Part shown: positions 27,424-34,609 of the stretch, piece after piece
Numbering within the stretch: position 1 is the first letter of the stretch
Layout: each line of letters begins with the position of its first letter
Source: Rhodocyclaceae bacterium
GTDB taxonomy: Bacteria; Pseudomonadota; Gammaproteobacteria; Burkholderiales; Rhodocyclaceae
Assembly: GCA_030824275.1 (NCBI GenBank)
Contig: JAVBXY010000016.1
Span: 115,807 to 179,806, forward strand
Length of the DNA: 64,000 bases
Direction of reading: 5' to 3'
The notes under the pieces: model-generated
Database searches by the model: none
Told to the model about the DNA's origin: nothing
Seen by the model: the letters and a program-made list of their open reading frames with translations, nothing else
Program-made: the position numbers and the translations under genes

Positions 27424-30099
27424 ATGCGCACCGAAACTCCCCAGACCATCTACCTCAAGGACTACACCGCACCCGCCTGGCTGATCGACAGCGTCGATCT
27501 CCATGTCGCCATCCACGACGGATATGCCGAGGTGCGCGCCAAACTCGCCTGCCGCCGCAATCCGCAAGGCGCGGGCGGTGATCTGGTCCTCGATGGAGAA
27601 GAACTGACGTTGCAGGAAGTCGGCCTTGACGGTACGGCGCTTGCCCCGTCGCGCTACACCGTGGGCGAGGAAACCCTCACCATCCACGGCCCCCTGCCCG
27701 ACGCCTTCATGCTGGAAACCCTGGTGCGCATCGAGCCGGACAAGAACACCCAGCTCTCCGGCCTCTACAAATCCAAGGACGGCTACTTCACGCAATGCGA
27801 GGCCCAGGGCTTCCGCCGCATCAGCTTCTACCCGGACCGGCCCGACGTCATGGCGCGCTTTACCTGCGCCATCGAAGCCGACAAGGCGCGTTTCCCGCAA
27901 CTGCTGTCCAACGGCAATCTGGTCGCCTCGGGTGATGCTGACGGCAACCGCCATTGGGCGCGCTGGCAAGACCCCTACGCCAAGCCCGCCTATCTCTTCG
28001 CCCTCGTCGCCGCAAAACTCGACGTGCTCGAAGACCGCTTCGTCACCGGCTCCGGCCGCAACGTGCGCCTCGCCGTGTACGTCGAACCGGGCAAGCTCGA
28101 CCAGTGCGACCACGCCATGGCCGCACTGAAGAAAAGCATGCACTGGGACGAAGTGACTTTCGGCCTGGAGATGGACCTCGACCATTACATGATCGTCGCC
28201 GTCGGCGACTTCAACATGGGCGCCATGGAGAACAAGGGTCTCAACATCTTCAACACCAAGTACGTGCTGGCCCGCCCTGACACCGCCACCGACACCGACT
28301 ACCAGAACATCGACCGCGTCGTCGCCCACGAGTATTTCCACAACTGGACCGGCAACCGCGTCACCTGTCGCGACTGGTTCCAGCTCTCGCTCAAGGAAGG
28401 CCTCACCGTCTTCCGCGATCAGGAATTCGGTGCCGATGTGCATTCCCGCGCCGTTACCCGCATCCAGGAAGTGCGTACCCTGCGCGTCGCCCAGTTCCCC
28501 GAGGACGCCGGCCCCATGGCCCATCCGATCCGGCCCGCCTCCTACGCCGAGATCAACAACTTCTACACCGCCACGGTGTACGAAAAGGGCGCCGAAGTCG
28601 TGCGCATGATCCATACCCTGATCGGCCGCGAGAATTTCCGCAAGGGCATGGACCTCTACTTCCAGCGCCATGACGGCCAGGCCGTCACCTGCGAGGATTT
28701 CGTCGCCGCCATGCAGGATGCATCTGGAACAGACCTCACCCAGTTCCGCCGCTGGTACGCCCGCGCCGGCACGCCGCGCCTGAAGGCCGAGGGCAAATAC
28801 GATGCCGCCGCCCAGCGCTACACGCTCACGCTGACCCAGAGCCTCGCCCCCACCGCCTACGAGCAACGCCTCAAGGAAGCTGGCTTCGCCATCGAGGATG
28901 GCCCGCTGCACATCCCCGTCGCCCTCGGCCTGGTGCTGCCGGACGGCAGCGATGCGCTGCCCGACCTGACGCATGTGCTCTCGCTGACCGAGACCACGCA
29001 GACCTTCGTCTTCGACCACATCCCGGCGCAACCCGTCGCCTCGCTGCTGCGCGACTACTCGGCCCCGGTGCATCTGGACTTCGAACAATCGGACGCCGAA
29101 CTGGCCCATCTGATGGCCCACGACAGTGATCCCTTCAACCGCTGGGAGGCAGGCCAACGCCTTGCCACCCGCGTGCTGCTGGCCGGCATCGCCGTCGCCG
29201 GCGAAGGCAGCGACTGGATACCCGAGGCCTTCGTCGCCGCTGTCGGTCGCGTCCTCGACGACGGCCTGAAGCACGACCCGGCGCTGGCCGCCGAAGCCCT
29301 CGTCCTCCCCGCCGAACAGGTGCTGGCCGAAGAGATCGCCGGGCGCGGCGAGGCCATCAATCCCGACGCCATCTACCTCGCCCGCCTCGCCCTGCGCCGG
29401 CACCTCGCCGCTGCCCTGCGCGAGAAATTCGAGATGGCGTGGTCCGCCCTCGCCCGCTCCCTCGCCGAAGGCCCCTACTCCCCCGAAGGCCCCCAGGCCG
29501 GTCGCCGCGCTCTGCGCAACCTCTGCCTCGGCTATCTCGCCGAATGCGATGCCGCCTATCTCGCATCCACCGTGCTGCCGCAACTGATGGCCCAGTTCGA
29601 AAACGGCGGCAACATGACCGACGTCATCGCCGCGCTGGGCACCCTGGCCAACCTCGACCTGCCCGAGCGCGACCAGGCCCTCACCGCCTTCTACGAACAA
29701 TGGAAGGATGAAGCCCTGGTGGTCGACAAGTGGCTGCAAGTGCAGGCCACCTCGCGCCTGCCCGACACCACCGCCCGCGTCCGCAGCCTGATGCGCCACC
29801 CGGCCTTCGACATCAGGAACCCCAACAAGGTCTACTCGCTGGTGCGCGCCTTCTGCGCCGCCAACCCGCGCCACTTCCACGCCGCCGACGGCAGCGGCTA
29901 CCAGCTCGCCGCCGACGTCATCCTCGAATTGCAGGCCATGAACCCCCAGGTCGCCTCGCGCATCGCTCGGACCTTCGACCGCTGGCGCCAGTTCGATGCC
30001 GTCCGCCAGTCCCACGCCCGCGCCGCCCTCGAACGCGTGCGCGCCTGCGAAGGCCTGGCCAAGGATGTGGCCGAAGTGGTCGGCAACGCACTGGGCTGA
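27424..30099 (+). CDS. pepN: aminopeptidase N
   Basis: 891 aa with GAMEN and HEYFHNWTGNRVT..WFQLSLKEG gluzincin motifs. Confidence 0.97.
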   Translation: MRTETPQTIYLKDYTAPAWLIDSVDLHVAIHDGYAEVRAKLACRRNPQGAGGDLVLDGEELTLQEVGLDGTALAPSRYTVGEETLTIHGPLPDAFMLETLVRIEPDKNTQLSGLYKSKDGYFTQCEAQGFRRISFYPDRPDVMARFTCAIEADKARFPQLLSNGNLVASGDADGNRHWARWQDPYAKPAYLFALVAAKLDVLEDRFVTGSGRNVRLAVYVEPGKLDQCDHAMAALKKSMHWDEVTFGLEMDLDHYMIVAVGDFNMGAMENKGLNIFNTKYVLARPDTATDTDYQNIDRVVAHEYFHNWTGNRVTCRDWFQLSLKEGLTVFRDQEFGADVHSRAVTRIQEVRTLRVAQFPEDAGPMAHPIRPASYAEINNFYTATVYEKGAEVVRMIHTLIGRENFRKGMDLYFQRHDGQAVTCEDFVAAMQDASGTDLTQFRRWYARAGTPRLKAEGKYDAAAQRYTLTLTQSLAPTAYEQRLKEAGFAIEDGPLHIPVALGLVLPDGSDALPDLTHVLSLTETTQTFVFDHIPAQPVASLLRDYSAPVHLDFEQSDAELAHLMAHDSDPFNRWEAGQRLATRVLLAGIAVAGEGSDWIPEAFVAAVGRVLDDGLKHDPALAAEALVLPAEQVLAEEIAGRGEAINPDAIYLARLALRRHLAAALREKFEMAWSALARSLAEGPYSPEGPQAGRRALRNLCLGYLAECDAAYLASTVLPQLMAQFENGGNMTDVIAALGTLANLDLPERDQALTAFYEQWKDEALVVDKWLQVQATSRLPDTTARVRSLMRHPAFDIRNPNKVYSLVRAFCAANPRHFHAADGSGYQLAADVILELQAMNPQVASRIARTFDRWRQFDAVRQSHARAALERVRACEGLAKDVAEVVGNALG

Positions 30100-30124
30100 A
30101 AGTCGGCGATGGCGATACGGCAAG
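30099..30124 (+). repeat. copy of dispersed motif (GATG variant)
   Basis: AAAGTCGGCGATGGCGATACGGCAAG, starting at the last base of the pepN stop codon. Confidence 0.8.
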
Positions 30125-30202
30125 CGTCGGCTGGCCCGCCGCTTGCATTGGCCCTTCCAGTCGAACGTCACTTGTCACGTTCACGCCAACCGGGAGCACT
30201 CC

Positions 30203-30493
30203 ATGCCTAGCCTTCCTTCCACCCTCGATGCCAAGGGAATCGCCGTCCAGGCCGGCGACAGCATCCGCATCCTCGCCGTCACCCTGCCCCCGGACATGGA
30301 CGACGACGACCGCGACATGATCGACTACATGATCGGCTCCGTCTGCGAAATCGACAAAGTCGACACCGAAGGCCTCGCCTGGGTCACCATGTGGTGGAGT
30401 TGCACCGACGGCGTCGCCACCAGCACCGTGGCCCTGTCCCCGCAACAAATGGAAAAGGTCGAACCCGTGGCCGCCCACCCTCGCGCCGCCTGA
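30203..30493 (+). CDS. hypothetical protein (96 aa)
   Basis: ATG at 30203 preceded by GGGAG. Acidic small protein with GC-rich codon usage consistent with its neighbours. No recognisable domain. Confidence 0.5.
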   Translation: MPSLPSTLDAKGIAVQAGDSIRILAVTLPPDMDDDDRDMIDYMIGSVCEIDKVDTEGLAWVTMWWSCTDGVATSTVALSPQQMEKVEPVAAHPRAA

Positions 30494-30532
30494 GGCAATG
30501 CCGGCGGCGCCACAGCGAAGGAAACAGCAAGC

Positions 30533-30874
30533 GTGAGTGGATTTGAAAACTTCGCCGCCGAAGCCGCCAGCATCGAACTAGAACTCCAGCGCAAGGGCGT
30601 CGCCCTCGGCATCGACTGGGAAGACGAAGTCCAGACCCGCGACCTCGCCCGCGCCGCCCTGGCCTGCAAACCCGGCAAGGCCGGCTGCAACTTCGACGAT
30701 CCCATCGAGGCCGCGCGCTTCGCACTCTTCGGCCTTGCCCACCTGATGCTGCACGTCATGCAGGAAAGTGCCGGCGAACACATCCACACCCACGGCGGCC
30801 CGGTCTGGAAAGCCTTCGCCCGCGCCCTCTGGGCCGAACACGACATACGGGAAAGCGGGAGAGACACCGAATGA
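30533..30874 (+). CDS. hypothetical protein (113 aa)
   Basis: GTG start. Coding-like frame translationally coupled (ATGA) to the next gene. No recognisable domain. Confidence 0.5.
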   Translation: MSGFENFAAEAASIELELQRKGVALGIDWEDEVQTRDLARAALACKPGKAGCNFDDPIEAARFALFGLAHLMLHVMQESAGEHIHTHGGPVWKAFARALWAEHDIRESGRDTE

Positions 30875-31221
30875 TCTACTACGCCATCAAGATCACCCTC
30901 TCGGCGCTGCTGATCGTCGCCATCTCGGAAATCGCCAAACGCTCCACCGGCTTCGCGGCGCTGCTCGCCTCACTGCCGCTCACCTCGCTGCTGGCCTTCA
31001 TCTGGCTGCACGTCGAAGACACCCCCAGCGAAAAGATCGCCGAGCTGTCCAGCCAGGTGTTCTGGCTGGTGCTGCCCTCGCTGGTCCTCTTCCTGCTGCT
31101 GCCAATACTGCTGCGCCAGGGCCTCAACTTCTGGCTCAGCCTGAGCCTCTCCGCCGCCGCCACCGCCGGCTGCTACGCCGCCATGCTGCCTCTGCTGCGA
31201 CGCATGGGCGTGGCGATCTGA
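30871..31221 (+). CDS. small membrane protein (DUF3147-like)
   Basis: MIYYAIKITLSALLIVAISEIAKRS and four hydrophobic helices. Family assignment is from memory. Confidence 0.6.
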   Translation: MIYYAIKITLSALLIVAISEIAKRSTGFAALLASLPLTSLLAFIWLHVEDTPSEKIAELSSQVFWLVLPSLVLFLLLPILLRQGLNFWLSLSLSAAATAGCYAAMLPLLRRMGVAI

Positions 31222-31264
31222 AAAGTCGGCGCTGATGAAGCCACTGCGCTACAAGGCGGTCGAG
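31222..31264 (+). repeat. left 43-nt inverted repeat (dispersed-motif head plus 27-nt extension)
   Basis: AAAGTCGGCGCTGATGAAGCCACTGCGCTACAAGGCGGTCGAG. Matches the reverse complement of 33882-33924 at 42/43 positions. The motif tail GATGGCGACACGGCGAA follows at 31290-31306. Confidence 0.9.
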
Positions 31265-31312
31265 CAAAAGACGCTCTCCTCGCCGTAGCGGATGGCGACA
31301 CGGCGAAACGAA

Positions 31313-31714
31313 TTAAGGCTGCGTCAGCGACCAGTGGGTTTGCACGATGCGCCAGCCCACCGCATCGCGCCGATAGACCTCCGTGCAGTTCCACAACATG
31401 CGCGGCCCATCGCCATTCCATGACGCGAAATTGAAAGACAGCGCCGCCATCTCGCCGGCCTCCTGCACCACCGGACTCGACAGCTCGAAATGCTCGGCCC
31501 GGATCGTCCCCCGCAAGCCCTCGTAATACGCTGTCAAGGCTGGCAGCCCGTCGATGCGGCGAGGAATGAAGGGATCGAAATACACCACATCCTGCGCCGA
31601 GATTTCCAGAAAGCCGCCCGGGTCGCCATCCAGCCAGCGGCGTAACGCCGCCCGTTCGAGGTGGATGACTTCGTGTTCGGTGGAGTCTGCGGTACCGTCG
31701 ATACAGGCTGTCAT
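31313..31714 (-). CDS. NTF2-like (SnoaL/DUF4440-type) protein
   Basis: 133 aa from the ATG at 31714. Typical small alpha+beta cone pattern (..FLEISAQDVVYFDPF.., ..WNCTEVYRRDAVGWRIVQTHWS). Confidence 0.6.
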   Translation of the reverse strand: MTACIDGTADSTEHEVIHLERAALRRWLDGDPGGFLEISAQDVVYFDPFIPRRIDGLPALTAYYEGLRGTIRAEHFELSSPVVQEAGEMAALSFNFASWNGDGPRMLWNCTEVYRRDAVGWRIVQTHWSLTQP

Positions 31715-31947
31715 ATCAAGTTCTTTTCTGAACATTCTGTTATCAGCACATGCTAGCGGGCTATTGCCATGCCGTGGCAATAGGCGTTAAATCCAGTCCG
31801 TAGCGTCTGGCGGACAAAAAGCGGCGGGGGCACGTTGCTGGAGAAGCACAAATTTTGGATGCACTAAATGATGTCGCCACAGGATTTATTCCAATGATTT
31901 TTTAATCAGTTCCGCCCGATTTAGCCGTCCTAATAATAGGAATCCAT

Positions 31948-32718
31948 ATGGCCACTTGTTTCGTGATCCAACCATTTGACTCCGGGAAGTTCGATAAGCG
32001 CTTTCAGGATATTTACAAGCCCGCAATCGAATCTGCTGGTCTTGAGGCATATCGAGTCGACCACGACCCCGGCGTCCTAGTCCCCATCGATTCGATCGAA
32101 AAGGGCATTCGGCTTGCCGCCGTATGTTTGGCAGACATCACCGCCGACAATCCCAACGTTTGGTACGAGCTTGGTTATGCTTTTGCATCAGGTCGTCCGG
32201 TTGTCATGGTTTGCTCGGAGGAACGCACCGGCAAGAAGTACCCGTTTGACATTCAGCATAGAAGCATTATCCCGTATCTAGCAGACTCTCCGAGCGATTT
32301 CGACAAGTTGCGAGATAGCCTCACCGCCAAGCTCTCGGCAATCATCAAACAGGATGCTGTACTCGATAAGATCGCCGAAACAGATCCGGTATCGCCTGTT
32401 CATGGGCTTTCGCAGCCAGAAATCTTGGTGCTTGCGGTGCTCGCCGGTGAAGCCTACTTGCCAGACCAAGCCACCGGAGTGAGCGGTGCCAAGCGAAGTG
32501 CTGAGCGTGCCGGTATCACGAGTATGGGTTTCAACCTTGCAGTACGTCGTCTTCTACAGAAGAAACTGATTCGGGAGCAGGAGATATGGAATGAACGAGA
32601 TGGCGAAGGCTATCCGGGCCTCGCGGTCGCCGACGCTGGATGGCAGTGGATCGATGCGAATGACGGGCAGTTCATGTTGAACCGCCCGGAGAAGAAGAAA
32701 GAAGATGACTCGTGGTAG
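31948..32718 (+). CDS. nucleoside 2-deoxyribosyltransferase-like (TIR/NDT-fold) domain fused to a C-terminal winged-helix domain
   Basis: AGGAA RBS. N-terminus FVIQPFDSGKF..IYKPAIE and CLADITADNPNVWYELGYAFASGRPVVMV match the NDT-like Rossmannoid pattern with the conserved Glu. The C-terminus (LSQPEILVLAVL..MGFNLAVRRLLQKKLI) looks wHTH. Lower-GC codon usage. Confidence 0.6.
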   Translation: MATCFVIQPFDSGKFDKRFQDIYKPAIESAGLEAYRVDHDPGVLVPIDSIEKGIRLAAVCLADITADNPNVWYELGYAFASGRPVVMVCSEERTGKKYPFDIQHRSIIPYLADSPSDFDKLRDSLTAKLSAIIKQDAVLDKIAETDPVSPVHGLSQPEILVLAVLAGEAYLPDQATGVSGAKRSAERAGITSMGFNLAVRRLLQKKLIREQEIWNERDGEGYPGLAVADAGWQWIDANDGQFMLNRPEKKKEDDSW

Positions 32719-32748
32719 CCACGAGGCCAATCCCATCATTCCACCGGA

Positions 32749-32772
32749 CCTTGCGCATAACGCTGCGCAAGG
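32749..32772 (+). promoter_or_regulatory. hairpin CCTTGCGC-N8-GCGCAAGG between the two island genes
   Basis: Perfect 8-bp stem. The 3' arm contains the only SD-like AAGG upstream of the GTG at 32776. Confidence 0.35.
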
Positions 32773-32775
32773 CCT

Positions 32776-33129
32776 GTGAAATTGAACGTTGAAGGTCGCG
32801 TGCGCTGGCTTGAACTTTTGCTCGCAGCCATCTTTGGAGCGCTATTCACGGCCTTTCAGTTTCTGTCTGGTCAGTGGTGCGAGCCAACACTCGTTCGTCC
32901 CGTCGCCGGAATTTTCGTCGTCCTAACAGCTGTGCTGTACTTGTACTTCGTTGACGACGAGCGGCGGCCGTTGGTCGGGGTGTGGCACCGCATGCTTTTT
33001 GGGGCAGCGGCAGGTTTTGTTGTGGCCGCTATCTCGAATGGACCTTCCGAGCTATACGCTTTGCTCACGCTTGTAGGCGCCATGCTCGGGTATGTTGGCT
33101 TCCGTTGGCTCAAGCATGTCCCAATCTGA
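32776..33129 (+). CDS. small 4-TM membrane protein, function unknown
   Basis: Four hydrophobic helices in 117 aa. Start is the GTG at 32776 or 32800. Same strand as, and 57 nt after, the NDT-like gene. Confidence 0.5.
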   Translation: MKLNVEGRVRWLELLLAAIFGALFTAFQFLSGQWCEPTLVRPVAGIFVVLTAVLYLYFVDDERRPLVGVWHRMLFGAAAGFVVAAISNGPSELYALLTLVGAMLGYVGFRWLKHVPI

Positions 33130-33199
33130 CCCTCAACGCATCCGTCAACTCGGACGCGCCGTGACGAAGCCGCGTCTCGCCAGTTATATCAGACGTCCT

Positions 33200-33210
33200 C
33201 CCCCCCCCCC
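33200..33210 (+). repeat. C11 homopolymer tract
   Basis: Eleven consecutive C read directly from the sequence. Intergenic, 41 nt upstream of the higB -35 box. Confidence 0.95.
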
Positions 33211-33250
33211 ACGGGAGTGCCTGTGTCTTCAGGGCGGGTAGTAGTAACGC

Positions 33251-33279
33251 TTGACGTTATGTCCGCTACGCGTTAATCT
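33251..33279 (+). promoter_or_regulatory. candidate higBA promoter
   Basis: TTGACG-N17-TAATCT. The -10 ends 6 nt before the higB ATG. Flanked by the inverted hexamers TAACGC (33245-33250) and GCGTTA (33270-33275). Confidence 0.5.
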
Positions 33280-33285
33280 TTTCCG

Positions 33286-33567
33286 ATGGCGATTCGGAGC
33301 TTCAAGTGCAAGGACACACAGGCGCTCTTCCTCGGCAAGAGGGTGCGTCGCTGGGTTAATGTTGAGCGGCCCGCACTACGCAAGCTTGAACAACTTGACT
33401 GGTCTGCTGTCCTGGAAGACCTGCGTGTGCCGCCCGGCAATCAATTGGAAGCATTGAAGGGGAATCGCAAGGGACAACATAGCATTCGCATCAACGATCA
33501 GTGGCGAGTGTGCTTTGTTTGGACCGTGGAAGGCCCGAAAAATGTCGAGATTGTGGATTACCACTGA
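33286..33567 (+). CDS. higB: HigB-type (plasmid maintenance system killer) toxin
   Basis: 93 aa. IRSFKCKDTQALF..LEALKGNRKGQHSIRINDQWRVCF is the HigB/killer-protein pattern. Confidence 0.9.
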   Translation: MAIRSFKCKDTQALFLGKRVRRWVNVERPALRKLEQLDWSAVLEDLRVPPGNQLEALKGNRKGQHSIRINDQWRVCFVWTVEGPKNVEIVDYH

Positions 33568-33578
33568 AGGAGCTAATC

Positions 33579-33878
33579 ATGCGCACGGTTCCCCCTGTTT
33601 CTCCCGGCGAAATGCTGGAAGAGGAATTCCTGAAACCACTCGGTCTGACCAAGTACCGCCTGGCCAAGGATATCGGTGTGCCCCCCCAGAGAATCGGGGA
33701 TATCGTGGCAGGCAAGCGGGCCATTACGGCCGACACCGATTTGCGGCTGTGCCGATACTTTGGGCTCAGCGATGGCTGGTGGCTTCGAGGGCAGGCTAAC
33801 TACGACACAGCAGTCGCTCGCGAAATCATGGGCGAAGCGCTTTCGCGTATTTCCAAGTGTCGCCTTCTTACTGCCTGA
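33579..33878 (+). CDS. higA: HigA-type antitoxin (XRE HTH)
   Basis: GAAGGAG RBS. PVSPGEMLEEEFLKPLGLTKYRLAKDIGVPPQRIGDIVAGKRAITADTDLRLCRYFG. Confidence 0.9.
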   Translation: MRTVPPVSPGEMLEEEFLKPLGLTKYRLAKDIGVPPQRIGDIVAGKRAITADTDLRLCRYFGLSDGWWLRGQANYDTAVAREIMGEALSRISKCRLLTA

Positions 33879-33881
33879 GTC

Positions 33882-33924
33882 CTCGACCGCCTTGTAGCGC
33901 AGTAGCTTCATCAGCGCCGACTTT
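33882..33924 (-). repeat. right 43-nt inverted repeat
   Basis: Reverse complement is AAAGTCGGCGCTGATGAAGCTACTGCGCTACAAGGCGGTCGAG. Starts 4 nt after the higA stop. Confidence 0.9.
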
Positions 33925-33941
33925 CTGACGGACATCCGCCC

Positions 33942-34340
33942 ATGGACGAACGACAACTCCAGCACTATGCCGACAAGCTCGCCTATGAGATCGACGCCTG
34001 GGATTTGAAGGTTCTGCTCGACGAGAAGCAGCCGGTAATCGTGATCGATGCCCGCTCGCCGCAGGCCTACGCGACGGAACACATTCCCGGTGCGATCTCC
34101 TTGCCCCATCGCACGATGGATGCGGCAACGACGGCTGGCCTCGACAAGTTGGTGATGGTCATCACCTACTGCGACGGCATCGGCTGTAACGCTTCCACCA
34201 AGGGGGCGCTGGCTATGAGCAAGCTCGGCTTTCGGGTCAAGGAGCTGATGGGCGGGCTGGACTGGTGGAAGCGGGACGGCCATCCCACCGAGGGCAATGC
34301 CGCTTCACCGGCCAGTGGTGCCGCCTGCGGCTGCGACTGA
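33942..34340 (+). CDS. rhodanese-domain protein
   Basis: IDARSPQAYATEHIPGAISLP and the active-site Cys region ITYCDGIGCNAS. Confidence 0.8.
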   Translation: MDERQLQHYADKLAYEIDAWDLKVLLDEKQPVIVIDARSPQAYATEHIPGAISLPHRTMDAATTAGLDKLVMVITYCDGIGCNASTKGALAMSKLGFRVKELMGGLDWWKRDGHPTEGNAASPASGAACGCD

Positions 34341-34351
34341 ATGCCATAGCA

Positions 34352-34591
34352 TCACGCATCGCTGCGCAGCAGCGCCATCAGATCATCGGTCCGCCACTGG
34401 ATGTCGGCTTTACCGCGAGCCGCCTCGAAGCGGTCCGGCTTGCGACTGGGGCAGGCACCGAGTTCTTTGATCACCACTTCGCCGTCGTCATTGATGGCAA
34501 ATTCGACCAAGCAACCCGGCTTCAATTTCAGCGCATCGCGGATCGGCTTGGGAATGGTGACCCGGCCTCTGCTGGTAAGCGTCGACGCCAT
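34352..34591 (-). CDS. AbrB/SpoVT-fold antitoxin-like protein (VapB-like), no cognate toxin gene
   Basis: TSRGRVTIPKPIRDALKLKPG swapped-hairpin motif. No PIN or other toxin ORF lies downstream. Confidence 0.7.
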   Translation of the reverse strand: MASTLTSRGRVTIPKPIRDALKLKPGCLVEFAINDDGEVVIKELGACPSRKPDRFEAARGKADIQWRTDDLMALLRSDA

Positions 34592-34609
34592 GACGTCCCT
34601 CCTGTCAAA

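Noticed and set aside
27617-27646. GAAGTCGGCCTTGACGGTACGGCG inside pepN as a degenerate dispersed-motif copy
   Set aside because: It keeps GTCGGC-N9-ACGGCG spacing but has four mismatches in the core. I cannot separate it from chance in GC-rich coding sequence.
24962-30171. Long mirror ORFs 24962-27307 (+) and 27403-30171 (-)
   Set aside because: They lie opposite the GGDEF gene (GGEEF, PAS, GAF motifs) and pepN (HEXXH-E motifs) respectively and carry no motifs of their own.
33130-33199. Sequence after the 4-TM gene (CCTCAAC..GACGCG-N12-CGCGTC..GTTATAT) considered as an attC-like site
   Set aside because: The stem is only 6 bp and the boxes do not fit the RYYYAAC/GTTRRRY complementarity seen in the 7.8-9.0 kb cassettes.
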